Positions 25,806-35,322 of a stretch of DNA of 64,000 nucleotides are shown piece by piece. Within the stretch, counting starts at the first letter, position 1, and the number at the start of each line of letters is the position of its first letter. The stretch lies in IMG/VR virus record IMGVR_UViG_3300045988_125802, one strand, 5' to 3'. The notes below the pieces were generated by a model. The model had not been told where the DNA came from, ran no database searches, and saw nothing but the letters and a program-made list of their open reading frames with translations. A program made the position numbers and the translations under genes. This DNA comes from a virus.

Positions 25806-26854
25806 TGGAAAGAAAATCTTTGAAAAGTATATCTTGGGATGTTCCTGAAGAAATATATAGGATAGATCCTGCACTAAGCTACTCGATCCTCGCAAAATAT
25901 GAAAGAGAGGGATTTAATAACTTAGATAAACTATTTGACAAGTTAGAGACACCTTCTCTTACCTTTGGTAGTGCTGTAGATAGTATTATCACAGGTGGTC
26001 AGGAAGAGTTTAAGAAAAAGTTTATAGTTGCTGAGTTTTCTTCTACTCCAGACTCTATTATAAAGATAGTAAAATCTTTGTTCAGTCAGTATGGAAATTC
26101 TTATAGGAGCCTTATTATGATTCCTGATGATGCAATTATTAAGGAGACTGAACATCAGAGTTATCAGATGAACTGGAGACCTGAAACAAGGGCTAGGGCT
26201 ATCAAGGAGAAAGGAGCTGACTACTATAATCTGTTATTTATAGCAGACGGTAAGACTATACTTGATACTCAGACTTATCAAGATGTATGCAATGCAGTAA
26301 GAACATTGAAAGAGAGTAAATCCACTCAGTTCTACTTTGCAGAGGATAATCCATTTGAACCAGATATTGAGAGATTCTATCAGTTAAAGTTCAAAGGAGA
26401 GTTTAATGGTGTAAAGTATAGAAATATGGCTGACTTAATCATAGTCAATCATAAAGAGAAGTGGGTAAGGCCAGTAGATTTGAAAACAAGTTCCCATACA
26501 GAGTGGGATTTCTATAAATCCTTTGTAGATTGGAGATATGATATTCAAGCCAGACTATATTGGGCTATTATAAGGCAGAATATGGATAAGGATGAGTGCT
26601 TCAAAGACTTCAAGCTGCTTGACTATGATTTTATTGTAGTCAATAGGAGAATCCTTGTCCCATTGGTGTGGACTTGTCCATTTACACAGGCAGTAGGTAC
26701 ATTGAAATTTGGAAAGAATGACCAAATAGAAATGAGAAGTCCTTTTGTGATAGGAGAAGAGCTTTCTTCTTATCTCACTTCCAGACCAAAGGTGCCTATG
26801 GGAATTAGTGAAACTGGCCCTAATGATTTAAGAGAATGGTTAAATACATTGTAA
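25802..26854 (+). CDS. RecB/Cas4-like PD-(D/E)XK nuclease
   Basis: MADLIIV ... VDLKTS (D ... D-x-K) and QARLY (Q-x-x-x-Y). Confidence 0.6.
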   Translation: MMERKSLKSISWDVPEEIYRIDPALSYSILAKYEREGFNNLDKLFDKLETPSLTFGSAVDSIITGGQEEFKKKFIVAEFSSTPDSIIKIVKSLFSQYGNSYRSLIMIPDDAIIKETEHQSYQMNWRPETRARAIKEKGADYYNLLFIADGKTILDTQTYQDVCNAVRTLKESKSTQFYFAEDNPFEPDIERFYQLKFKGEFNGVKYRNMADLIIVNHKEKWVRPVDLKTSSHTEWDFYKSFVDWRYDIQARLYWAIIRQNMDKDECFKDFKLLDYDFIVVNRRILVPLVWTCPFTQAVGTLKFGKNDQIEMRSPFVIGEELSSYLTSRPKVPMGISETGPNDLREWLNTL

Positions 26855-26855
26855 T

Positions 26856-27922
26856 ATGCAAGTAGTAAAAAGAGATGGCAGTATAGAGGAATTTAATGTT
26901 GATAAGATTATAAGTGCTGTAGAAAAAGCCTTTAAGTCTTGCAACAAGAAAATGCCTCAGTATCTGTATGATATGCTGGGTGCTTTATTTGGCACTTTGG
27001 AAGGAGATACTATAGGTATTGAGGAGATACAAAATAAGGTTGAGGATGTTCTTATGAATGATAAACACTTTGATGTAGCAAAGAGGTATATCATTTATAG
27101 GGAACAGCATAAGCAGGCAAGATTCATTAGGGAAAGAATTGACTATATGAATGAGTATAGTCAATCCAATGAGAATGCAGCTACTTCATCAGAGACAGAT
27201 GCTAATGCAAATGTAACTATGAAAAATGTTGCCAACCTTGAGGGTGAAGTGTATAAGACTACTAATAGGGTTATTCAGAGGCAAAGAATGAAAGACAAGC
27301 TGAATGAAATGTACCCTGAAGTAGCCAAGAAGTATGAAGAGGATTTGAACTCTCATGTCATTTATACACATGATGAAGCAACTACTCCTGTCTTGAAGCA
27401 GTATTGTATGGCTGTGAGTCTATATCCTCTTATGATTGAGGGAGTAGGAAACATTGATGGCATCACTCCTAATCCACCTAATGATTTACAGTCATTTAGT
27501 GGTCAAGTAACCAATCTTATCTTCTTATTATCTTCACAGTGTAAAGGTGCAGTAGCAGTAGGTGAATACTTTATTGCTCTCAACTATTATATTGTGCAGG
27601 AATTTGGAGTTAATTGGTATGAGAAACTGGATGTGATAACTACTACAGGATATTGTATCAAGCAGAGGACTATCAGAGATGCTATATATAAAGCATTCAA
27701 GCAGTTTATTTATGGTATAAACCAGCCTGCTGGTAATAGGTCATATCAAAGCCCATTTACTAATGTGTCTTATTATGATCACACCTATTTTGATTCACTA
27801 TTTGGAGAGTTCTACTATCCTGATGGTACTAAACCTCAATGGGAAGCGGTAGACTGTCTACAAAGGCTGTTTATGAAGTTCTTTAATAAGCTGAGAACTA
27901 AACAGATTCTTACATTCCCCGT
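26856..27922 (+). CDS. nrdD: anaerobic ribonucleotide reductase NrdD, exon 1
   Basis: ATP-cone-like N-terminus (VVKRDGSIEEFNVDKI). The frame runs into the intron and stops at 27941. The splice site after U27922 is supported by P1. Confidence 0.8.
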
Positions 27923-28757
27923 AAATTATTCTGCGGCTTAACAGAGTAATCTGTTATGAAAACCTCTTTAACTGCTGAAAAATCCTAGTATAAGATTTGG
28001 AAATGTTAGAAATATTTTTCAACTTTATAGGACAATTAGCAACTAAGATTATGCAAAATGAAGTTTGGAAAGAGATAAGTGGATATGAGGGTTACTTTGA
28101 AGTAAGTAACCTTGGTAATTTCAGAAGTAAGGATAGGATCATTAGGTATAAAACTAATGGAACTAGATTATATCCTGGAAAACCCTTAAAGACGGAAACT
28201 ATAGTAGAAGGTTACCAAAGGATAGTACTTATGAAAGAAGCTATAAAGAAGAGACACATGTGTCACAGACTTGTAGCTCAAGAATTTGTACCTAATCCCA
28301 ATAATAAGCCCTATGTAAACCATATCAATGGTAATAAAGCTGATAATAGAGCTGAAAACCTTGAATGGGTAACTCAATCAGAAAATGAATTACATTCTCA
28401 TAATGTTCTTGGAAACACCATGAGGGGTAAAACATATCCTAAGAAAGTAATAGCAACTTTTCCTAATGGAGGAGATAAAGTAATATTTGACTCTATGAGT
28501 GATGCTATCAAGTTCTTAGGAGCTGGCTGTATTGAAGGGCTTAAGAAAGCTATATCTGCTAATAGAGTTTATCATGATTTCAAATGGGAATTTGCATAAT
28601 AAAGTTCAACGACTATTCCGAAAGGAAGTACACCTAAGTAGGTGGAAATGGGAGGAATCCTAGAAATAGGATTGTGATATAGTCTGAACTGCATAGTAAT
28701 ATGCAGAAGTTCATAAGAGAACTGCATAGAATTAACGACTCTATGTGAACACATTTG
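27923..28757 (+). mobile_element. group I intron with NUMOD4-HNH endonuclease ORF upstream of R (P6-type position)
   Basis: R GTTCAACGACTA (28604-15) and S GATATAGTCT (28676-85). P1 is CCGU (27919-22) with GCGG (27933-36). P10 is GGAA (28758-61) with UUCU (27929-32). The terminal G is 28757. The exons sum to 2166 nt, in frame. Confidence 0.75.
28051..28599 (+). CDS. intron-encoded NUMOD4-HNH homing endonuclease
   Basis: MQNEVWKEISGYEGYFEVSNLGN and VNHINGNKADNRAENLEW. The start at ATG 28051 was chosen by alignment to paralogs (the track ORF begins at TTG 27997). Confidence 0.8.
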   Translation: MQNEVWKEISGYEGYFEVSNLGNFRSKDRIIRYKTNGTRLYPGKPLKTETIVEGYQRIVLMKEAIKKRHMCHRLVAQEFVPNPNNKPYVNHINGNKADNRAENLEWVTQSENELHSHNVLGNTMRGKTYPKKVIATFPNGGDKVIFDSMSDAIKFLGAGCIEGLKKAISANRVYHDFKWEFA

Positions 28758-29856
28758 GGAAACAATGGCCATGGTGTATGACCCTAAGACCAGTGATATT
28801 ATAGATAAAGACTATAAGGATTTTACTGCTGAAATGTATGCAGAAGGACATAGTTTCTTTACTTATATCTCAGATAGTGCTGACAGCCTTGCATCCTGCT
28901 GTAGATTGAGAAATGAGCTTGCAGAGAATACCTTTAACCCTACATCAGGATTGACTGGGGTTATGACTGGTAGCTGTAATGTTATTACTCTTAATATCAA
29001 TAGAATTGTTCAAGACTGTGTGAAAAAAGAACATCTCGGAAGCAAAAAATCCCAATGGAGTGATGAAGATATTATAATTCTTAAAGAGTACTTGATAGAT
29101 ATTCTTGGAAGGGTTTATAAGTATCATATTGCTTTCAAGACTATGCTTTATGAAATGGAGGATATAGGAATGTTTGCAGCTTCTAATGGTGGTTATATCC
29201 ATATTAGCAAGTTGTATAGTACAATAGGAATCAATGGGCTAAATGAGGCTGCAAGGTTCTTAGGTATGACTGTTAGCAACAATAGAGATTATATTGAGTT
29301 TTTGCAGTTGATCCTTGGTACTATTAAGGAACAGAATAAATTGCACTCTATTCATGATAAGAAGAGGCCATTCTTGTTTAATTCTGAGGTAGTTCCTGCT
29401 GAAGGATTAGGAGGTAAAAACTATAGATGGGATTTGGAAGATGGATATGTAGTTCCAGAGGATGAGAATTTATATAATTCATACTTTTATAATGCACATG
29501 ATGACACCTCAGTACTTGATAAGTTTATACTTCATGGAAGACAGACTTATCAATATACTGATGGGGGTAGTGCAGCCCATATCAATCTTGAAGACCACCT
29601 TAGTAAGGAACAATATCTCAAGCTGATAGACTTTGCAATAGCTAATGGAACCAACTACTTCACATTTAATATTCCTAATAGTAAGTGTGATGACTGTGGC
29701 TACATTACTAAGCATCCTATCACTGAATGCCCAAAGTGCCATAGTAAGAATATCACTCAATATACAAGAGTGATTGGCTATCTCAGACCTATCAAATCAT
29801 TTGGCAAAGACAGGCAGATTGAAGCTAACAAAAGAGTTTATAGTAAAGGTGTATAA
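28758..29856 (+). CDS. nrdD: anaerobic ribonucleotide reductase NrdD, exon 2
   Basis: SCCRLRNE active-site Cys motif, CDDCGY...CPKCHS zinc ribbon, glycyl-radical motif TRVIGYLRPI. The spliced junction reads LTFPV-ETMAMVYD. Confidence 0.8.
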
Positions 29857-29870
29857 TTTGTCCTTAAGAT

Positions 29871-29901
29871 TTTGTTATTTGCATTATTTTTAGTACCTTT
29901 G
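29871..29901 (+). promoter_or_regulatory. Bacteroidota sigma-A-type promoter (TTTG-N19-TACCTTTG)
   Basis: -33 TTTG at 29871 and -7 TAnnTTTG at 29894-29901, 18 nt upstream of the ATG at 29919. Confidence 0.5.
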
Positions 29902-29918
29902 CATCAAAATAATTTAGT

Positions 29919-30647
29919 ATGGAAGATAAAATTTTACAAAGTTGTGGTGATGTCTTGGTAATAGAAGGTAAATCAACAAAGAAAGTAAGGAATAGGTACT
30001 ATTACACAGGACATTTTGAGGGATATACCAGAAGGCTATATTTTAGATTAGATAGTGCCCAATATGGTAATGTCTCTAATCCAGATAAGAGAGATGAATA
30101 TGGATTTATCTGTGATGAGTCTATTACTGATAAGCATATTTATAATGTTTGGAAGAATATGGAGAGGAGATGTTATGACCCTAAATGTCCTGCTTACAGT
30201 ACTTATGGAGCTAAGGGGATAATAGTATCAGAAGAGTTCAAGATATATTCAAATTTTAGGAGATGGTATGAAGAAAATGGAGATAGTAGTCATAGTCTCG
30301 AAATAGATAAAGATTGCAAGCCTCTTATACTGAATATTCCTAAAATATACTCCTCTAATACCTGCATCCTCTTACCTCCAGAAATTAACACTTTTATTTC
30401 AACTATAGGTAAGGGTATTTATCTTACTTCTCATAATACATATTGTGTTAGGTTGAGAAGAAGATTTGCTAAGGTTAATAGAAATTTCAAAACTTTGGAA
30501 GAAGCAATTGCTTATAAAAAGGATAAAGATATGGAGTATCTTAATATCTTGGTAGAAAAATATCCTCTATCTGTAGATAATCTTAACATAGTTAAAAAGT
30601 ATGTTGAAATATTTGAATACTCAAGTGACATTTGCAGAAGTGCCTGA
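29919..30647 (+). CDS. free-standing homing-endonuclease-like protein (paralog of the 14303 ORF N-terminal module)
   Basis: YNVWKNMERRCYDPKCPAYSTYGAKGIIVSEEFKIYSNFRRW parallels YRIWKAMRSRC...CCRRWDSFANF. It is inserted between nrdD and nrdG. Confidence 0.5.
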   Translation: MEDKILQSCGDVLVIEGKSTKKVRNRYYYTGHFEGYTRRLYFRLDSAQYGNVSNPDKRDEYGFICDESITDKHIYNVWKNMERRCYDPKCPAYSTYGAKGIIVSEEFKIYSNFRRWYEENGDSSHSLEIDKDCKPLILNIPKIYSSNTCILLPPEINTFISTIGKGIYLTSHNTYCVRLRRRFAKVNRNFKTLEEAIAYKKDKDMEYLNILVEKYPLSVDNLNIVKKYVEIFEYSSDICRSA

Positions 30648-31089
30648 CGAAATTACATTATGTATAAACATTACAGGATGTAAAAATGGATGCAAAAACT
30701 GTCATAGCTCTTACTTGGCAGAGGATATTGGTAATCCACTGAATAAGACAGTCCTCAGCAAACTTTTGGAAGATAACAAGGGAATATCTTGTGTGTCTTT
30801 CATGGGTGGTGATAGGGACACTATACATATAGTAGCTTTGGCAAGTTGGGTAAAAACTCATACAAACTTAAAGGTTGCATGGTATAGTGGTAGGCAAGAG
30901 ATTAGTGATATAGTAGCAAGGCAATTAAGGTGGTTTGACTACATTAAACTTGGACCCTATAAGGAAGAGTTTGGTCCACTTAACAGTAGGACTACTAACC
31001 AGAGATTCTATAAGGTTAGTGATGGAGAATTAGTAAATATAACAAGCAGATTTTATGACAGAAATTTGGAAACCTGTAGTGGGATATGA
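30601..31089 (+). CDS. nrdG: anaerobic RNR activating enzyme NrdG (radical SAM)
   Basis: CxxxCxxC cluster motif GCKNGCKNCHS near the N-terminus. The size and context beside nrdD fit. Confidence 0.75.
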   Translation: MLKYLNTQVTFAEVPDEITLCINITGCKNGCKNCHSSYLAEDIGNPLNKTVLSKLLEDNKGISCVSFMGGDRDTIHIVALASWVKTHTNLKVAWYSGRQEISDIVARQLRWFDYIKLGPYKEEFGPLNSRTTNQRFYKVSDGELVNITSRFYDRNLETCSGI

Positions 31090-31594
31090 AAGTCAATATC
31101 AAGTATCAAACCTTGGCAATGTAAAATCCCTTAATAGGGGAATATTAATGTCTCCCTCTACTACTCCTAATGGATACTCTATAATTAATCTTAGTAATAA
31201 TGGCAGAAGGAAGTGTTTTGCAATTCATAGATTAGTAGCTCAAGCTTTTCTGTCTGACTATAATGATTCACTAGAAGTTAATCATAAAGATGAGAATAAA
31301 GCTAATAATTCTGTAGAAAATCTTGAGATGTGTACTAGGCTATATAACATGAGATATGGCACTGGTATAATAAGACATGCTGAGAGTAAAAGAGCTAATA
31401 ATCATAGAAAAGTATTACAGTATGATTTAGACGGAGGTTTAATTAAAGAGTGGGAGAATGCAAGAATAGCATCTGAAACTCTTGGAATTAGTCATGCTAA
31501 CATCATAGTAGCCTGTAGAGGCTATTATACTAAGAATAGTAGGAAATATCCTGTAAAGTCAGCTTATGGGTATGTTTGGAGATATGCAGATTGA
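31055..31594 (+). CDS. free-standing NUMOD4-HNH homing endonuclease
   Basis: TEIWKPVVGYESQYQVSNLGNVKS and VNHKDENKANNSVENLE. It overlaps the nrdG 3-prime end by 35 nt. Confidence 0.8.
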   Translation: MTEIWKPVVGYESQYQVSNLGNVKSLNRGILMSPSTTPNGYSIINLSNNGRRKCFAIHRLVAQAFLSDYNDSLEVNHKDENKANNSVENLEMCTRLYNMRYGTGIIRHAESKRANNHRKVLQYDLDGGLIKEWENARIASETLGISHANIIVACRGYYTKNSRKYPVKSAYGYVWRYAD

Positions 31595-31615
31595 TAAAAT
31601 ATAAGTTTTGGAAAC

Positions 31616-32146
31616 ATGAAACTGAAAATTAAAGTAAAAGTATTGACTGAGGGCTGTATGCCTGTAATTAGTGAGAATGGTGATTGGATTGATTTGAAAT
31701 CGGCAGTAGATATTACTATTCCTGCACCACAGGCCAGTGTCCTTAAAAGGAAGATTGTTGAAGGAGAGAGAGTAGGTCATAGGAATATAGAGATCTCTAC
31801 CTATTATATCCCTCTCGGAGTTGCAATGCAACTACCTAAAGGATTTGAAGCTATTATTGATTCAAGGAGCAGTGGTCCTAAGAAGTTAGGATTGTTCATC
31901 CCAAATGGTCAAGGTGTAGTGGATAATACATATAATGGTAATAATGATCAATGGCACTATGTATGTTCTCCTATGAGAGAGACTACTATTGAAACTGGCA
32001 ATAGGATCTGTCAATTTAGGATACAGCTTAGTCAGAAAGCTACTATGTGGCAGAAGATTAAATGGCTATTAAGCTCTGGTGTTAAGCTTGTGGAAGTAGA
32101 TAATCTAGGCAATAGTGATAGGGGAATGAATATAACTGGTATATGA
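31616..32146 (+). CDS. dut: dUTPase
   Basis: DSRSSGPKK (motif 2), GVVDNTYNG (motif 3), RICQFRI (motif 4), C-terminal SDRGMNITG. Confidence 0.7.
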   Translation: MKLKIKVKVLTEGCMPVISENGDWIDLKSAVDITIPAPQASVLKRKIVEGERVGHRNIEISTYYIPLGVAMQLPKGFEAIIDSRSSGPKKLGLFIPNGQGVVDNTYNGNNDQWHYVCSPMRETTIETGNRICQFRIQLSQKATMWQKIKWLLSSGVKLVEVDNLGNSDRGMNITGI

Positions 32147-32150
32147 TAAT

Positions 32151-32339
32151 ATGGAAGGTTACTTAGAATATAAGTCTGACAAAGTATACGAAGCAAAATG
32201 TGAGAATTCACCATATGCCTATTCGTGTGAGGGATTTAAATATATAATTCCCCCTAAAAAGTCAGAATTTGACCCAGTAGGGGCTTTTATTGATAAATTA
32301 TCTCTCTCTATTGTATTGAAAGAAAAAGAGAATAACTAA
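32151..32339 (+). CDS. hypothetical small protein (62 aa)
   Basis: ATG ORF in the operon gap. Confidence 0.4.
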   Translation: MEGYLEYKSDKVYEAKCENSPYAYSCEGFKYIIPPKKSEFDPVGAFIDKLSLSIVLKEKENN

Positions 32340-32375
32340 TCTTTATTATAAGAATTAAAAAAAAAAGAATGAAAC

Positions 32376-32870
32376 ATGGTATTAGAAATAATTGGTATTA
32401 TGCTCTCAGTGGCTCTTCTAACTGTTGTTATCAATGGAGTAGAAAGCCATTGTAAACTTAGTAAAGGAGTAATGTCCTTTAAAGAGGCTATGGATCTTGT
32501 AGAGTTGCCTGTAGTAACATTTCTTAATGGAAAGAAAAAGCTCAACTTTCTACTAGATACTGGCAGTAATATTTCTCAAATTAATAGTTCTGTTCTTCCT
32601 CTTCTTGACTATAAGAAAATAGATGGAAAGGATATGGATGTGATGGGAATTGAAGGTAATAAGGTAAATACTAAATTTTGTGAGATGATAATTACCTATA
32701 AGGGACAGGACTTTATAAACGAGTTTTGTATTCATAATTTAGATGAAGCATTTGCTATTATTAAAGAAGAGTCTGGTGTGCAAATTCATGGTATCCTTGG
32801 TAGTTTATTTTTCCAGAAATACAAGTATATTCTTGATTTTAACTCATTAATAGCATATAATAAGAAGTAG
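32376..32870 (+). CDS. membrane-anchored retropepsin-like aspartic protease (putative)
   Basis: N-terminal TM helix, then FLLDTGSNISQI (D-T-G active-site motif) and HGILGSLFFQKYKYILDF, typical of clan AA retropepsin-like domains. Confidence 0.55.
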   Translation: MVLEIIGIMLSVALLTVVINGVESHCKLSKGVMSFKEAMDLVELPVVTFLNGKKKLNFLLDTGSNISQINSSVLPLLDYKKIDGKDMDVMGIEGNKVNTKFCEMIITYKGQDFINEFCIHNLDEAFAIIKEESGVQIHGILGSLFFQKYKYILDFNSLIAYNKK

Positions 32871-32885
32871 GGAAAGGAACAATAT

Positions 32886-33155
32886 ATGGAAGATACTATA
32901 AAACTTAAATCCAGGTACAGAGCTAGAAATTATCTGGAGAGGATACAGAATCTTGGAGATATTAAGTCCAAGACTTATGCTCTTAAGACTGATACACCTT
33001 CATTGAGAATAGGAGAGACTAACAAAGGTGATAAATTTATTGACCCATCAGGAGGACCTATGATTATAGAGAATCATTATCTTGAGGAAGCTGGGGCAAC
33101 TGTCAAATCTATAGACTTTATAGTGGGATATGGGTGGACTATAACATTGGAATAA
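32886..33155 (+). CDS. hypothetical protein (89 aa)
   Basis: ATG ORF ending 1 nt before the polA start. Confidence 0.45.
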   Translation: MEDTIKLKSRYRARNYLERIQNLGDIKSKTYALKTDTPSLRIGETNKGDKFIDPSGGPMIIENHYLEEAGATVKSIDFIVGYGWTITLE

Positions 33156-33156
33156 T

Positions 33157-35322
33157 ATGATATACTTTGTTACTGGACAGAGAGAGCTATTTGAATTTCC
33201 TGATTCAAAGTATAAATGTATCTCTGTAGAAGAATCTCTTGAAATATTGGAGCATCTTCGCATTGTAGGGTTAGATACTGAAACTACAGGTACAGAGATA
33301 TGGCAGGGTAAATTGCTTACTCTTCAGCTTGGCAATAAGGAGGATCAGGTAGTAATAGACTGCATGACTATCAGTATTAAGCAATACAAAGATTATCTTG
33401 AGAGTGACAGACTTTTTATTATTCATAATGCAAAGTTTGATTTGAGATGGTTATATAAGGAGCATATTGTAGTCAGAAATGTTTATGATACTTATTTAGC
33501 CGAAAAGATCCTATTTCTTGGATTCCCTCCAGGTATTGTATCACTCTCTTTACAAGCTTGCTGTAATAGGTATTTGAATATCTATCTTGACAAAACTGTA
33601 AGAGGACAAATACATGCTGGTATGACAGAGGAAGTCATAGTTTATGCTGCAAATGATGTGGTGCATCTTGAGGATATTATGAACTTGCAGACAGTTAGAA
33701 TTAATGCAAGAGGTCAGTCAGTGGCACTTTCTATTGAAAATGAATTTGTAAGAGTTCTTGCATATATTGAATTTTGTGGTATTAAACTTGACCCCGTTAA
33801 ATGGAAAGCTAAGATGGCCAAAGATGCAGAGAGGTTAAAGGTTACTGAGCAAAAGCTTAATGATTGGGTAATAAACTATGTAATGGAGAAGAATGACCCT
33901 TCTCTTATTGCAAGAAACTATGACCCTCATAAGAAAGGTAAGTCTGTTAAACTCCCAGACAATGTGTATGTAGTAATACCTACCCCTTCATTATTTTCTG
34001 AATTTGATACTGGGCCTCAATGTGTTATTAACTGGAATAGTTCCAAGCAAGTAATCAAATTGTTTGAGGAACTTGGATTTGACTTATTAGTTAAAGATAA
34101 AAAGACAGGTAAAATGAAAAAATCTGTGGAATCCAAGTTTATAGAATTGCAAGCAGATAAGAGTACTATTGTTCCTTTATATCTAGAGTATTCAGCAGCT
34201 TTTAAGGTAGTAACATCTTTTGGTCAAAACTTCCTTGATGCTATTAATCCTGTTACAGGTAGAATACATCCAACATTTAATCAGATGATGGATACTGGTA
34301 GATTATCTTGTGGGTCAGGAGGTAAAGGTAAGGGAGGTAAGACTAAGGATGACGATATTGCGGAGGAGGAAGATGATAACAAAAACACTTCTATTCAATC
34401 AAATGATAAGAGTGTTAATGTTCAGCAGCTTCCTGCTACAGAAGAAACAAGAGCAGCGTTTATTCCAGATAAAGGACACATGTTAATAGATTGTGATTAT
34501 GGAGATCAAGAAGGCCATGTATTCACTGAGTTATCAGGAGATGAGGAATGGATTGCATTCTATAATGACCCTAGCCAAAGAGATGGACATTCTTTTGTAG
34601 CCAAGATGTGTTTTCCTAAGGATCTTGATGGGGTTGCAGAGAAGGATGTCAAGAAGGTAAGGAAAGATCTTAGGGATTTAGCTAAGAAGGCAAGGTTCTG
34701 TTTCAATTATAATGGTCAAGCTCCTACAATGGCAACTAATTGTAATATTCCTATAGACTTTGCAACTAAGATTTATAACAACTATTTCAAGAGATTTAAT
34801 GGTATAGCAAACTATTTCAAGGTTCAGAAAAGGGACATGTGGAATAGAGGTTATATCTTGATCTCTAAGATAACTGGATTAAGGGCATATATCTATGACT
34901 ATCCTATACTGAAAGGTATTGAAAAGAGAAAGAATAGTATGGAAGATTTCTGGGATATATACAAAGCTGCAAGAGATAGCGGTAGAGTAATATCTGAAAT
35001 TCCACCATCAGTTATGCAAGAGATTGCCAAAAGATTTGCTGAAGGCAAACCTATTGAAGAAATAGCTGTTAGGTATTTATATAAGGTTAAAAAGGCAGGT
35101 AAGATAGAGGAAAGATTTATAGACATTAACAGGGAAACTGTATATGTGTCTGTAATGAAACACTTATGGAAGAGAAAGAGTGCTTCTGATAATCAGTCAT
35201 GCAATTATCCAAGTCAGGGGATAGCCGCAGCTATGACAAAAATAGCAGGAATCAGATATTTTAATCATTTGGTAAATGATAATTTGATATTCAAAGTATT
35301 GATACCTAATGATGTACACGAT
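33157..35322 (+). CDS. polA: family A DNA polymerase with 3-5 exonuclease, exon 1
   Basis: Exo I VGLDTETTG, Exo II HNAKFDLRW, Exo III YAANDVVHL, TGRLS, motif A LIDCDYGDQE, motif B RDLAKKARFCFNYNG. It ends inside motif C (VHD|E). Confidence 0.9.

Noticed and set aside
34312-34413. Intein or mini-intein in PolA
   Set aside because: The insert is short, low-complexity and lacks the N-terminal Cys/Ser, the HN-Cys/Ser/Thr junction and the block motifs. It is reported as a loop insertion instead.
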